Shown: positions 19,743-30,292 of the stretch, piece after piece | Layout: every line of letters starts with the position of its first letter | Numbering within the stretch: the stretch's first letter is position 1 | DNA from: Promethearchaeota archaeon | GTDB lineage: Archaea > Asgardarchaeota > Lokiarchaeia > Sigyniarchaeales > SOKP01 | Direction of reading: 5' to 3' | DNA length: 64,000 nt | NCBI GenBank assembly: GCA_030603385.1 | Contig: JAUVXW010000015.1 | Span: 16,704-80,703, forward strand | Made by a program: the position numbers and the translations under genes | The notes under the pieces: model-generated | The model's input: only the letters and a program-made list of their open reading frames with translations | Database searches by the model: none | Told to the model about the DNA's origin: nothing

Positions 19743-20932
19743 CCTGTCGCCTCCTCGATGCATTCTTCAATTGAACCAATTTTTACTTTAAACTTATTCT
19801 TTGCACGCCCGTAATAACACGCTTTTGCTGAATCTACCATAATTCCCTTAAAACGTCCTTTAATAGGGGCTACAACACAGCAAGTATCTGCTGCAAATTT
19901 TGCTCCTGCATCTTCAATTATTTTAGAATAACCTGCCTCATCAGCAATTCTTTTTGTAGGTCGAGCAGTTGTGATCCAAAATTCTTTTTTTACTTTCTTT
20001 CCATTCAATAAATTCGCAATTTTTGCGATTTCGTGGATTGAAGCATGAGGACAACCAATACTTACAAAATCTATCTCAATATCATCATCAATAAGCTCAT
20101 CTCGTGTTTTTTTCAGCGTTTCTTGGTTAATATCAACAATAATATCACTTGGCTTAGGGTATCTATTATACTCTGGAGTTATTCCTTCCATATGAAATAA
20201 TGCAGTTCCACCATAAGTAGCAACAGAAGCGCAAAAAGATTTGAGTTCTTCAACAGTTGCTCTGGAAATTCCAGTTATATAAGGTATTTTCTTTTCTAAT
20301 TCAACCAACTTGTCTCCAATTATTTTTCCTAAAACTCCAAATTCGTCTGTACCTTTAACTGGGGCATTAACTTCAAATAAAACTTCCCCGTGACGATTTT
20401 TATCCAAATGATACCCATATTTAGGTGTTTTCCCTATAATGGCTGACGCTAAAGCACTTGGACCCCCCTCACGATTAGTTCGAGCACCAATAACCGAATT
20501 AGCATAACAAACTGCACTACTTTCAGCCCAAGCAAGGTGTTGACCAAAATGAGGAGTATTTCCAATTAAGTAAGGTGTACAAGAACAGGTTGTTATAATT
20601 GCCATTTTGGCAAAAGCATCTATCGCACGATTTTGATTTTTGGCAAATTCTTTATCTATCCCTAATGCCTGCCAATTTTCGCGATCCATTCCCGCGGGAT
20701 TTAATGTTGTTAACACTCTTACTTTACCATCTTCAGCCATTTCGCTTAAAAATTCCAATCCCGCTTCACCAAGATTAGCGTAGGAAACTCCCGCTATTTG
20801 AACCCCAACAACATCTATCATGCATTCAGCATCAAAGATTTCACCTAATGTGGCTAAAATCTCCATAGATTTTTTAGCGGCTTTTCCGAATTTCCCTTCC
20901 AGCATATCCTGTTCTTCTTGTGTTAACTTCAT
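19739..20932 (-). CDS. Phosphomevalonate dehydratase large subunit (aconitase X, DUF521)
   Basis: GVSY, CSCTPY, AESSA, TNREGG, GCPH, DTCCVV, SAKA; likely start ATG at 20932 after GGAGG. Confidence 0.92.
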   Translation of the reverse strand: MKLTQEEQDMLEGKFGKAAKKSMEILATLGEIFDAECMIDVVGVQIAGVSYANLGEAGLEFLSEMAEDGKVRVLTTLNPAGMDRENWQALGIDKEFAKNQNRAIDAFAKMAIITTCSCTPYLIGNTPHFGQHLAWAESSAVCYANSVIGARTNREGGPSALASAIIGKTPKYGYHLDKNRHGEVLFEVNAPVKGTDEFGVLGKIIGDKLVELEKKIPYITGISRATVEELKSFCASVATYGGTALFHMEGITPEYNRYPKPSDIIVDINQETLKKTRDELIDDDIEIDFVSIGCPHASIHEIAKIANLLNGKKVKKEFWITTARPTKRIADEAGYSKIIEDAGAKFAADTCCVVAPIKGRFKGIMVDSAKACYYGRAKNKFKVKIGSIEECIEEATG

Positions 20933-20949
20933 TTCAACCTCCCTCAATT

Positions 20950-22260
20950 TTAAAAGTATTTATTCACATCCACCTTGGGGAATTCTACGATTTCAAAACT
21001 TTTTCCTTTGATAACTAATGGTTTAGTTAAATCAAAACCAATCTTTGTGGTCATTTTTGTACCGGGCTCTGCGCTGGGATCTAAACTACTCCCAGGTTCT
21101 TTATCTTTGATAACCATCCTGGTATTACCTTGAAACCGGGTGGCAAAACTCCATTCTACGGCTAAAGGGTCATAAATATTAATATCTTTATCGACAATAA
21201 AAACATGTTTACAGCTCGTATGTCCCGCAAAAGTTCCTTCTATTGCTTTTTTACCATCTTCTTCTGTTTTCTTATCTATTTGAACTATTGCGTGAAGCCA
21301 AGAAGATCCACCTGGACTGATATTTACATCCAAACATTTAACTCCTGTTGCATTTACCTTATTGAAGATAGTAGGTTCTCGAGGCATTCCCATTAATATC
21401 TTATGTTCTAACGCCCCTGGTAATAAGGCTTGCCATATTGCTTCCTTTCTATGAGTGATTTTTTTCACTTCAAAAATAGGTTCCTCTCTAATTATATCCA
21501 ATGTCTCAGTTAGATCAACAAATGGACCTTCGGCATGTCTCTCTTCAAAATAAACTTTTCCTTCCAGTACAAATTCTGCTTCAGCTGGGATTAAAAGATC
21601 AACAGAGTTAGCTTTTACAACTTTAATTGGTTCAAGTGCATTGGCAATTTCTAGCTCATCAACACCAATGTCTACAGAAGTAGCTCCGGCAATTAGAATG
21701 TTAGGGGTATTTCCTATACAAAAAGCCACCTCCACTTCTCCATTTTTTTCTAAAAATTTATAGAAATGGCGACCTTTGACAATTCGTGCAGCAAATTTAT
21801 CTTTTGAGTATTGCATGGCTCGATGGAAATCTAAGTTTTGTCCATAATCTGGATCTCTTGTAATTACAACAGCAGAACTTATATAATTTCCACCATCCTT
21901 ATCGCAATGAAATAAAATAGGAATCTTGTCTAAATCTACTTCTGTTTCAACAACTTCTTGACATGGTGCGTTAGCTACAATTTCTGGTTCAGAACGTTCA
22001 TCTATTGCTTTTGAAAGCATAGGTATAAGATCAGCAGGGGTGACACCAAAATAAGAGGAAATCACATCCTTAGTACAGAATACATTGCCGACAACACGGA
22101 ATTCAGATTCTTTTACATTATTAAACAATACTGGTATCGGTTCAATTGCCTTTAAAATTCCTGAGATTTCTAATTTTTTTGAAACTTCAAGATCTACCTT
22201 TCTGAGTAATCCTTCCTTGTCAATTTTATTTATATATTCTCTAAATCCCATAAAAATCAT
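20950..22260 (-). CDS. UbiD-family decarboxylase (anhydromevalonate phosphate decarboxylase)
   Basis: DGGNYI, HR, EGPFVD, SSLDPS; lies inside the mevalonate operon. Confidence 0.9.
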   Translation of the reverse strand: MIFMGFREYINKIDKEGLLRKVDLEVSKKLEISGILKAIEPIPVLFNNVKESEFRVVGNVFCTKDVISSYFGVTPADLIPMLSKAIDERSEPEIVANAPCQEVVETEVDLDKIPILFHCDKDGGNYISSAVVITRDPDYGQNLDFHRAMQYSKDKFAARIVKGRHFYKFLEKNGEVEVAFCIGNTPNILIAGATSVDIGVDELEIANALEPIKVVKANSVDLLIPAEAEFVLEGKVYFEERHAEGPFVDLTETLDIIREEPIFEVKKITHRKEAIWQALLPGALEHKILMGMPREPTIFNKVNATGVKCLDVNISPGGSSWLHAIVQIDKKTEEDGKKAIEGTFAGHTSCKHVFIVDKDINIYDPLAVEWSFATRFQGNTRMVIKDKEPGSSLDPSAEPGTKMTTKIGFDLTKPLVIKGKSFEIVEFPKVDVNKYF

Positions 22261-22341
22261 CTTCTATACATGTTTATCTTGATAATATGAATAATAATAG
22301 TGGTTTTTCTTAGAGGAGTTACAGAACCACTTTTTATAAAA

Positions 22342-23622
22342 CTAAAGGTTTTCACCATCATTTATTTTTTGTAAAATTTCTTTTGCGTAATCAACTCTTA
22401 TTTTTTTCGCTTCTATCATTTTTTTAACAACTTTTTCTATTAATTCATCAGGTACACCCGCGATCTTTGCTATGTTACGAGAATGAAGTGCCATATGACC
22501 TTTTTGAATGCCTTCCGAGGCTAAAGCCCTCAGAGCCGCAACATTTTGAGCCAAACCAAGAGCGGCACCTACCTGAGACAGTTCACTAGCACTTTTTACA
22601 TTTAGGATCTTCAAAGCTATTCGTGCCATAGGATGTATTTTTGTCATTCCCCCTATAATTCCTAGAGCAAGAGGGAGCTCAATTTCTCCAACCAGATTTC
22701 CCTTTGAATCTAACTCGAATTTAGTCAATGGAGAATATTTTCCACTTAAAGAGGCAAATGCGTGAGCACCAGATTCTATAGCTCGAGTGTCGTTTCCAGT
22801 TGCTAATGTTAAGGCAACAATACCGTTCATTATTCCTTTATTATGGGTGGTCGCACGATATGGATCAGCTACAGCAAATTCATACGCATTCAATATTCCT
22901 TCAACAACTTGGGTACCACCTAATAAATCTTTATCAAAAGTTGCTTTACTTCTAGCAATTCGATGAGTAGCTAAATTTGAAACAATTCGGAGATAGATCT
23001 TTCCTCCACATATTTCTTCTACAAAAGGACTGATAGATTCAGCCATAGTATTTACTACATTTGCCCCCATGGCATCCAAAACGTTAACCAATAAATGGAG
23101 AATAATCATCGGTCCTTTATTGGTATGAATTTCCCTTATCTCGATATCCTGAGCACCTCCACCTAACTCATTTAACAATGGATCCTGCTCATTAGCAATT
23201 TTTAATAAGGTCTTTTTATGCTTTTCCAGAGAATGCTTTGTTTCTTCTATGTCTTTTAATTGTGTTATTTGAATTTGTGATATCATTACTGATTTTACTT
23301 CTTCTGAGTGAAATCCACCATGCTTTCGAGCCATTTTTGCTGCATTTGAAGCTGCGGCTACTACTGATGGTTCTTCTATAACCATAGGGATTATATAATC
23401 TCTATCGTTTACTTTAAAGTTAAAAGCAAGACCAAACGGTAACTGATAACTCCCTACTACATTTTCAATTAATGTATCAATTTGAGTGGAAGTGAAGTAG
23501 CCTAACTCCTTCAATATTTCTAATTCTTCTGGATTTAAATGTAAAAGTTTGGATAATAGCTCATGACGCTCATCCATAGTTAGTTTGTAAAATCCAGAAA
23601 TGTCTGAACGAAATTCCTTCAT
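22342..23622 (-). CDS. mvaA: HMG-CoA reductase, class II
   Basis: ENVVG, EEPSVVAAAS, DAMGAN, THNKG, GHMALH. Confidence 0.95.
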   Translation of the reverse strand: MKEFRSDISGFYKLTMDERHELLSKLLHLNPEELEILKELGYFTSTQIDTLIENVVGSYQLPFGLAFNFKVNDRDYIIPMVIEEPSVVAAASNAAKMARKHGGFHSEEVKSVMISQIQITQLKDIEETKHSLEKHKKTLLKIANEQDPLLNELGGGAQDIEIREIHTNKGPMIILHLLVNVLDAMGANVVNTMAESISPFVEEICGGKIYLRIVSNLATHRIARSKATFDKDLLGGTQVVEGILNAYEFAVADPYRATTHNKGIMNGIVALTLATGNDTRAIESGAHAFASLSGKYSPLTKFELDSKGNLVGEIELPLALGIIGGMTKIHPMARIALKILNVKSASELSQVGAALGLAQNVAALRALASEGIQKGHMALHSRNIAKIAGVPDELIEKVVKKMIEAKKIRVDYAKEILQKINDGENL

Positions 23623-23752
23623 TAAAGTTTCACTAATTTAAAAATTAATAAATTTTTTTAAATTTTTTTAAATCTTTTCTTAATCACTTCCTTTATGAAG
23701 ATTTATATTATAAAAGTATCTAAAGAGAAGTTAACTCACATTGGATTTTGAG

Positions 23753-25387
23753 TTAATAAATGTGGTGAACAGGAATAGGTATGTAAAAAGGACTCCAATT
23801 TAATAATCCTTTTGCGTTAATGTTTTCCTCATATTCATTTTCAACTCTCCTTATTTCATATTCCAAGGAATTGCCTTTATTAACTTGACTCGCCACTCTT
23901 ACATAACCTTTACTAAGATACGTTAGGTCATTAAGCTCATTATGAACAACGGGCTCAGTTGTTAATACAGCAAATAAAGGGAAGAACCTTTTATGATATC
24001 CTGAGTGTCCCTTAGGACAGTGATCTAAACCCTTTATGTTTGGAATTATGCACCCCTCATCACAAAAATGAAGTGTAAAGCCTCTTTTATTATTTAATTC
24101 ATGTTCAGCAACCTTTCCAACTACAATTATTGGTCTAACGTCACCGTTTTTTATTAATTCGTATTCTAGAACACTTTGCTTTTTCTTTAAGTGAATATAA
24201 TCATTAATATTGGGACCATTTTGAACTATTTCTTTAAATCTATCTTGTACTTTTAAGAGGCCTGAAATACATATAGCACCTGATCCATAAGATCCAAAAT
24301 AAATAGTATCATTGACGTGAGTATGATTTTCGAGAAGGTAGATAATCTGTGCCCAAACACTAGCATTATACATGTTTCCAAAATGCATAGGAACTCGTAA
24401 TTGAGGTAAAACTCTCGCTTTTACATTGGTATTCAACCAATTTGAAAGTCTTTCTAAGTTCGCTGATGAAAATCCTCTTTCATTAAGCTTTAAATATAGA
24501 TATTCTGGCAAAACAGTAACATCATGTAAGAATGAATCAATTTTCTTTAGAATTGATGATCTAAATTGATTACGCTCAAATTTAGGTAAGTCGCTAATAT
24601 GCTTTATCCACCGTTTTAATATGATTTGTTGCATAATTTTTAATGGCAATTTAGTATATGGGGCGTGAAATGAGTAAAAATCAGCGTGAATGTCTCCGAT
24701 GTTGCTAATTAGATCGTCGTAAGCTTTTAATTGAAAGTCAATGTAAGTGGCTTGAGAATATTTCCCAAAGGCTCTTGCATTTTTCTCATTTGCAGGCCTA
24801 AAAAAGTCATTTACGTTCCCAGATATTTTGCCGAATTTCTGACTAAAGACTGCGACCCTAGGGTTTTTTGAGATAACAAATCCGATTGCGCCTGAACCTT
24901 GTGTAGGTTCGCCGGGGGAGCCTATATGATATGAAGAAATGTCCGCGCTAATGATAAGTGCTTTATTTATTATTTCTTTTTCAATCATTGCGATAGCGTT
25001 AATAATAGCTAGCGTACCACCAGCACACGCGTTGTATGTATCCATAGTAAAACTGTTGGGCGATATCCCTAACATTTCAGCAAAAATATTAGAAATGCTT
25101 TTAGCTGCATACACTTCTGTCTCCGTCCCGACGAACAATGCATCTATGCTCTTAGGAGGTATGTTTCCTCTTTGCAAAGCATTATACCCTGCCTTAAGAC
25201 CTAAAGACATTACATCCTCATCCACATCAACAACTCTCATCTCTTTAGACAAAAGCCCTTTAGCATATTTTGCGGGATCTATACCTCTTTCCACGGCAAG
25301 TTCCTCGAGCTTTACGAAATGCCTCGGAGCGTGAAAACTAAAACTGTCGATGCCAATATTTGTAAACAGATGATCGTCAGAAAGCAT
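23753..25387 (-). CDS. HMG-CoA synthase with a C-terminal DUF35-like (Zn-ribbon/OB) extension
   Basis: GTET, NACAGG, GEPTQGSGA, FHAPY, GNMY, SYGSG; about 120 extra C-terminal residues with CDEGC..CPKGH. Confidence 0.88.
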   Translation of the reverse strand: MLSDDHLFTNIGIDSFSFHAPRHFVKLEELAVERGIDPAKYAKGLLSKEMRVVDVDEDVMSLGLKAGYNALQRGNIPPKSIDALFVGTETEVYAAKSISNIFAEMLGISPNSFTMDTYNACAGGTLAIINAIAMIEKEIINKALIISADISSYHIGSPGEPTQGSGAIGFVISKNPRVAVFSQKFGKISGNVNDFFRPANEKNARAFGKYSQATYIDFQLKAYDDLISNIGDIHADFYSFHAPYTKLPLKIMQQIILKRWIKHISDLPKFERNQFRSSILKKIDSFLHDVTVLPEYLYLKLNERGFSSANLERLSNWLNTNVKARVLPQLRVPMHFGNMYNASVWAQIIYLLENHTHVNDTIYFGSYGSGAICISGLLKVQDRFKEIVQNGPNINDYIHLKKKQSVLEYELIKNGDVRPIIVVGKVAEHELNNKRGFTLHFCDEGCIIPNIKGLDHCPKGHSGYHKRFFPLFAVLTTEPVVHNELNDLTYLSKGYVRVASQVNKGNSLEYEIRRVENEYEENINAKGLLNWSPFYIPIPVHHIY

Positions 25388-25792
25388 GATTTGTATCTCG
25401 AGAAATATAAAATATTTTAAAATTTGATCAGTTAAATCTTTTTTTATTTATTTAATTAAATGTTTTAGTTAAATTCTCTATTTAAACGTTGACCATTGAA
25501 ACATATTTTCAACAATTCAAACTCTTAAAAGTGTTAAAACTTATGTAAACGATAAAAATCATCGGAAATGATTTGATATTTTCTTCCTAAAACAATCTTT
25601 AAGTATTATAGTCGTAACGAAAGAGCCTATTAAAATACAGATCAGCAATATTTCATATCCATATTGACAGGAATTTTGTTTTAAATGTAGAGAAGGCTTA
25701 GCATTAGAAATAATGATAGGTAAAACCATTTAGATAAATTTAATACCCTTAATGATATTATTAATATCAATTAACCTTTTCAAATTGTTTAG

Positions 25793-26530
25793 ATGGTATC
25801 TACTCTAGAAGAACTAAAGGAAACAGCTAAAGATAAGCTACCCAAACATGTTGGTTTAATAATCGATGGAAATCGCAGATGGGCTAAAAATAGAAATCTT
25901 GAGATTAATTTTGGCCATTTAGTTGGATATGAAAACCTTAAAAAAAGGTTATTTGATTTTTTTGAAGCAGGAATCCATTATCTAAGCTTATATATCTTAT
26001 CCCTTGAAAATTTAAGAAAGAGAAGTGCTGAAGAGCTTGAATACATTTATAAAATAATGATTAAAGCAGTAGATGCAGTAGTAAATGAATCAATTGTTAA
26101 GGATGATAAAGTGAGATTTGATATTGTAGGCAGATTGTCCTTGCTTCCTCCTACCGCTAAGGAGAAAATCCAGCAATTAATAAATTTTACTAAGGATCAC
26201 GATCAAAATTTCATAAACCTCTGTATAATGTATGATGGTCATGAAGAAATTGTAGATGCTGTAAAGAAAATAATTAATGATGGAATAAAACCAGAAAAAA
26301 TCGATGCTAAATTGATAAAAGATTATTTATATACCAGGGATTTTCCTGCATTAGATTATATTATAAGAACAGGAATGAACGATGGGGCTAGAATTTCTGG
26401 ATTTTTACTTTGGGACTCTTCTTACGCTGAGTTCAAATTTAGAAACGACTTATGGCCGGATTATAATAAAGAGATGGTAATTCAGGACTTACTTGATTAT
26501 ACAAAAAGAAGTAGGCGCATGGGAAAATAA
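25793..26530 (+). CDS. uppS: cis-prenyltransferase (undecaprenyl/polyprenyl diphosphate synthase)
   Basis: PKHVGLIIDGNRRWA, SLENL.KR, DYIIRTG, RISGFLLW, C-terminal RRMGK. Confidence 0.93.
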   Translation: MVSTLEELKETAKDKLPKHVGLIIDGNRRWAKNRNLEINFGHLVGYENLKKRLFDFFEAGIHYLSLYILSLENLRKRSAEELEYIYKIMIKAVDAVVNESIVKDDKVRFDIVGRLSLLPPTAKEKIQQLINFTKDHDQNFINLCIMYDGHEEIVDAVKKIINDGIKPEKIDAKLIKDYLYTRDFPALDYIIRTGMNDGARISGFLLWDSSYAEFKFRNDLWPDYNKEMVIQDLLDYTKRSRRMGK

Positions 26531-26642
26531 ATTAGCACTAGCTTATTTTACTCTTAATCCTTTTTATATGAGATTAAACCTAAAAATAAATATCAGAAGA
26601 ATCATTCATTATTAAAAGAGACTTTATTTTTTTGTTTATAAT

Positions 26643-28415
26643 ATGTCAAATTCAGCCACCATTATCTCATTAAATATCACAAAATTTCCACAGAATCTTT
26701 TAATTCCTGATATGGATAATGATGTTTCACTTCAAGTAATTAACAATTCAGATAAAAAAGAAAATTTTAAATTTGTTTTTGAAGGAGAAAACTTAGATAT
26801 TAATTTGAAATCACCAGAATTAAAAGATCAAATTGAATTTGCACCAAAGGAAACCAAAAATATCGATATAAGGTTAAACCCAACCGTAGGTGGTTTCGGA
26901 AAATTAACCATAAATGCATATTGGCTAAAAATTGTAGAATATACAGTTAAAGTGCAGAAAGTTAGAGAAATAGCACCAAAAAGTAAATTTCATAAGATTT
27001 TCGATAACTATAGGTTTAAGGGTGCAGAAAAGATTGATACGATGAATCCAAAAGAGTTCTTCCTAACTACAACATTAACCGAATTGCAGAAAATCGAAGA
27101 ACAATTAGAGACAATGAGAAATAATTATAAATCAACATTATCCTTAGAATCAACCAGTACAGAAGCATTTAAAAGGATTACAATTGATGTTATTGATAAA
27201 ACTATAAGACAATTGGCTAAAGGATATCTTTCGAATAAAAATTTACATGTATCTTTAAGTTTAGCTTTAGAATTATCAGATCCAAATGAACAGCTCAAAT
27301 TCTATGTTAATTTAATAAGAGCTTATGCAATAGAAAATCTAAGCGAAGCACTTCAGATCATTAAAAACTTGAATGATTTAAACCTGCAACAAAATCTATT
27401 AAAATCAGTAGTTTTTGATCAAATAGCTGTTAATCCAATTCAAGCCTTCAATTTGACGGAAAATATTACAAACTTATCTGAAAAAATTAAACTATTATTT
27501 AACATCACACAAGAGTTATATAATAACAATAAATCATCTGAATTGCTTACTGTTCTTAAAAGGATCATTGAGGTTCTCTTTAAATCACCCGAAATCAATA
27601 GTGAAGATAAAAAAGACCAAAAGCTTATTTATGATCCTCTTAAGGATGCAATAAATGGAATAGCTGAAATTGAAAGTCCTGGAGCTGCCAATACTATTAT
27701 TGAAGGAATAAGTAATATAACGCTTAAGGAAAGAATAGCAAAAGATCTATTTGACATAATTTATGAACTTGTGGATGAGATAAGAACAAAAATAGATTCC
27801 GAATTAATATTTTCTCAATATTTTCTACTTAATACTTATATTTCAAATATAAATAATGAAATTAAAAGTTTTAGCAGTATTGGTGGAAATGTAAGTAATA
27901 ATATTCTTTCAGGAGATTTCAATTTTAAATTAGTCTTTCTATCTCTTTTTAGTTTTAATTTTAGCATTTTTCCATTTATCGATCGTGTATATAATGACTT
28001 AAAATTTAATCTGAAAAAATCAATTGCATATTACATATTCCCTTCTGTCAATTATTTCCAGGATAATGAGTTAACAGTTCTTCAGAGGACATTAAACCAA
28101 TTTTTTAATAATTTTGCGAATGTACCGAGCCAGTTACTTATATTTAATTTAGATTTTATTCCCTATTTAGGAAAACCAACTGTTATTTTGTCATCCGAAT
28201 CCCAATTAAATAATAATTTAAAATCTAAAATAGAAAAACTTGGAGATACTGTTAATTTAATTATTGATGATTCGATGTTTAAAGGTGGCAAGATTTATGA
28301 CAATCTAAAGAGTATAATTCCACCAAATAGATGTGAGATTTTTAACTTAATTTTATCATATGAATTCATAAACGATTACAACGCGTTTATAGCATTTATC
28401 CAATCATTATTCTAA
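26643..28415 (+). CDS. Hypothetical protein: beta-sandwich-like N-terminus, alpha-helical repeats, alpha/beta C-terminus
   Basis: 590-aa ORF; no catalytic motif recognised. Confidence 0.6.
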   Translation: MSNSATIISLNITKFPQNLLIPDMDNDVSLQVINNSDKKENFKFVFEGENLDINLKSPELKDQIEFAPKETKNIDIRLNPTVGGFGKLTINAYWLKIVEYTVKVQKVREIAPKSKFHKIFDNYRFKGAEKIDTMNPKEFFLTTTLTELQKIEEQLETMRNNYKSTLSLESTSTEAFKRITIDVIDKTIRQLAKGYLSNKNLHVSLSLALELSDPNEQLKFYVNLIRAYAIENLSEALQIIKNLNDLNLQQNLLKSVVFDQIAVNPIQAFNLTENITNLSEKIKLLFNITQELYNNNKSSELLTVLKRIIEVLFKSPEINSEDKKDQKLIYDPLKDAINGIAEIESPGAANTIIEGISNITLKERIAKDLFDIIYELVDEIRTKIDSELIFSQYFLLNTYISNINNEIKSFSSIGGNVSNNILSGDFNFKLVFLSLFSFNFSIFPFIDRVYNDLKFNLKKSIAYYIFPSVNYFQDNELTVLQRTLNQFFNNFANVPSQLLIFNLDFIPYLGKPTVILSSESQLNNNLKSKIEKLGDTVNLIIDDSMFKGGKIYDNLKSIIPPNRCEIFNLILSYEFINDYNAFIAFIQSLF

Positions 28416-28498
28416 AAAATTAGTAATCAACCAAAATTATATAATGACAATTTATTATTTAGATAATATAATAGTGGAAAAACAGGGGTAAAGCCTTA

Positions 28499-30166
28499 AT
28501 GGCGAAAGATAAGAAAAAGAAAGAAAAAAAAAAGAAGAAACCAAAACAAGAAAGTAGTACTTTTTCTCAATTAATAACTCAAAAAGGAAAGGGAAAAGCA
28601 GGAGCTCCTATAGGTGTGGTATTAGGCCAATCTATTGATAGAAGTGCTGATAAACTGTTTCTGGGAACGGATTATAAAGAGGTACATATACCTGAAAGAC
28701 CTTGGGCTGAAATGTTAGCTGACATCGAGCATTGGACTCCACTACCTTACACACATGGTATAGAAATGGAATTAATCTTAGCAGATGACAATGGAAATTA
28801 TCCACCTGGAGATGAAATGGTTTTTCGGATGAAAGAAATCGTTAAAGATGCTATTAAAATTATGGATGAAATTCTTTACGATGGAAGAGAAGATTTTCTA
28901 CCCGTTCCTGACTATATTAGACAAAAAGTTTTAGCCAGACCATGGGGGCGAGATGACCTTGAGAAGGGTTATGCTATGGATATACGCTATACTTTGGGAG
29001 ATACCTCTGTTGATATTGATACTTTTGCTAGAGATGGGAATGTAACCGCAATTACATATATATTGGAGCTCGTAACACCCCCTTGTGTTTATGTTGAAGA
29101 ACTAGCATATTGGGCAAGTACTTTATTTTTATTAGCAAAAGTAACTTTGCCAAAAGATTTACATATCATAGCCTCTGCTATAAATCCTGCAACTCGTGAG
29201 TATCAACGAGGTTTGAGTGAGGCAGATCATTCACACATAGGTTCTTTTGAATCTGAGTTAGAGAAAATACAAGCATATTGTATGATACGGAATTTTATAC
29301 CACATATCATCGCTCTCACCTGCAATTCACCTATTTTAAACAATAAACCTACCGATGTAGTAAAAATTATCAATGGGAGGATTACTGCACCTAACTGTGT
29401 TCGCTCTTTAAGATTAAAATTTAATACAACAATGTTAAGCGGAAACAATCCGAAATATTATATCCCCTATTTGACTTCCACAGATCAAAATTCACAGAAT
29501 CATTTTCTCCAAACGGTCCAGAAAGCGAGTCTAGAAGACGGACGCTTCCAAGACGTGTTTCCTTTTACAGATTGGGGAACTATTGAAGTTAGGATAAGTG
29601 ATGCACAGATATCGATCTGTCGGAGAATAGGAATTGGAATGTTGATTCAGGCATTATGTTATAAAGCTAGAAAATTACTTCAAAATGGAAAATGGGTGCC
29701 CGATGCAGGATCCAATACAATTGCTACTAACCGCCAAAGGGCAATAGAACGTGGTTTAATTTCTCTTTTTCGACCAACTCCGGATGTTAGTCGAGAAAAG
29801 CTAGCTGAATATGATCCCGAATTTGCAGAGCAATATTTAGGACCAAAAGATCAACCAATACGTTATATGATGCAAGCCGTACAGAGAATGTTTTTCTATC
29901 TTAAAGATGAATTGAAAGAGTTAGGCTTCTTATATTCTCCATTCATGAAACCTCTTCTACAATCTGTTTTTGGAAATGTTTCTTATGCAGAACCACCAAT
30001 AACAGAAGCAGAATATCAACTTTCTCTTTATGACTATAAATTAAAAAATGGAGAAGATCCCAGCATATTAAATGATTTAATATATTTTACAATTCAATAT
30101 TGCCAAGATCCTCTAAATAATCCACTTACGGGTGTTTTAACTCTTCCAAAAGAAATGAGAGATTAA
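28499..30166 (+). CDS. Glutamate-cysteine ligase family 2 (carboxylate-amine ligase) with a Lys-rich N-terminus
   Basis: GIEMEL, ELVTPPC, HSHIG, NSP, TIEVRISDAQ. Confidence 0.8.
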   Translation: MAKDKKKKEKKKKKPKQESSTFSQLITQKGKGKAGAPIGVVLGQSIDRSADKLFLGTDYKEVHIPERPWAEMLADIEHWTPLPYTHGIEMELILADDNGNYPPGDEMVFRMKEIVKDAIKIMDEILYDGREDFLPVPDYIRQKVLARPWGRDDLEKGYAMDIRYTLGDTSVDIDTFARDGNVTAITYILELVTPPCVYVEELAYWASTLFLLAKVTLPKDLHIIASAINPATREYQRGLSEADHSHIGSFESELEKIQAYCMIRNFIPHIIALTCNSPILNNKPTDVVKIINGRITAPNCVRSLRLKFNTTMLSGNNPKYYIPYLTSTDQNSQNHFLQTVQKASLEDGRFQDVFPFTDWGTIEVRISDAQISICRRIGIGMLIQALCYKARKLLQNGKWVPDAGSNTIATNRQRAIERGLISLFRPTPDVSREKLAEYDPEFAEQYLGPKDQPIRYMMQAVQRMFFYLKDELKELGFLYSPFMKPLLQSVFGNVSYAEPPITEAEYQLSLYDYKLKNGEDPSILNDLIYFTIQYCQDPLNNPLTGVLTLPKEMRD

Positions 30167-30184
30167 TCTTCATTATTTATAGTT

Positions 30185-30206
30185 TTTAACTCTTCTAAGA
30201 GTTAAA
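30185..30206. promoter_or_regulatory. Perfect 22-bp palindrome (operator or terminator hairpin)
   Basis: TTTAACTCTT-CT-AAGAGTTAAA between the GCS2 stop and the HEPN start. Confidence 0.45.
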
Positions 30207-30292
30207 GTTTTTGATTTATTTATAACATATAAAAATTTAAGATAAGAACTATTTTCAACTATTAGAGTAATCGAAATTATAAATCTTGAAAT

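Noticed and set aside
15074-22260. UbiX/UbiD as ubiquinone biosynthesis genes
   Set aside because: Their context with AcnX, MVK and IPK points to the archaeal mevalonate pathway
22299-22331. AGTGGTT..AACCACT stem between the HMGR and UbiD genes
   Set aside because: Only 7 bp with a large loop; could be chance
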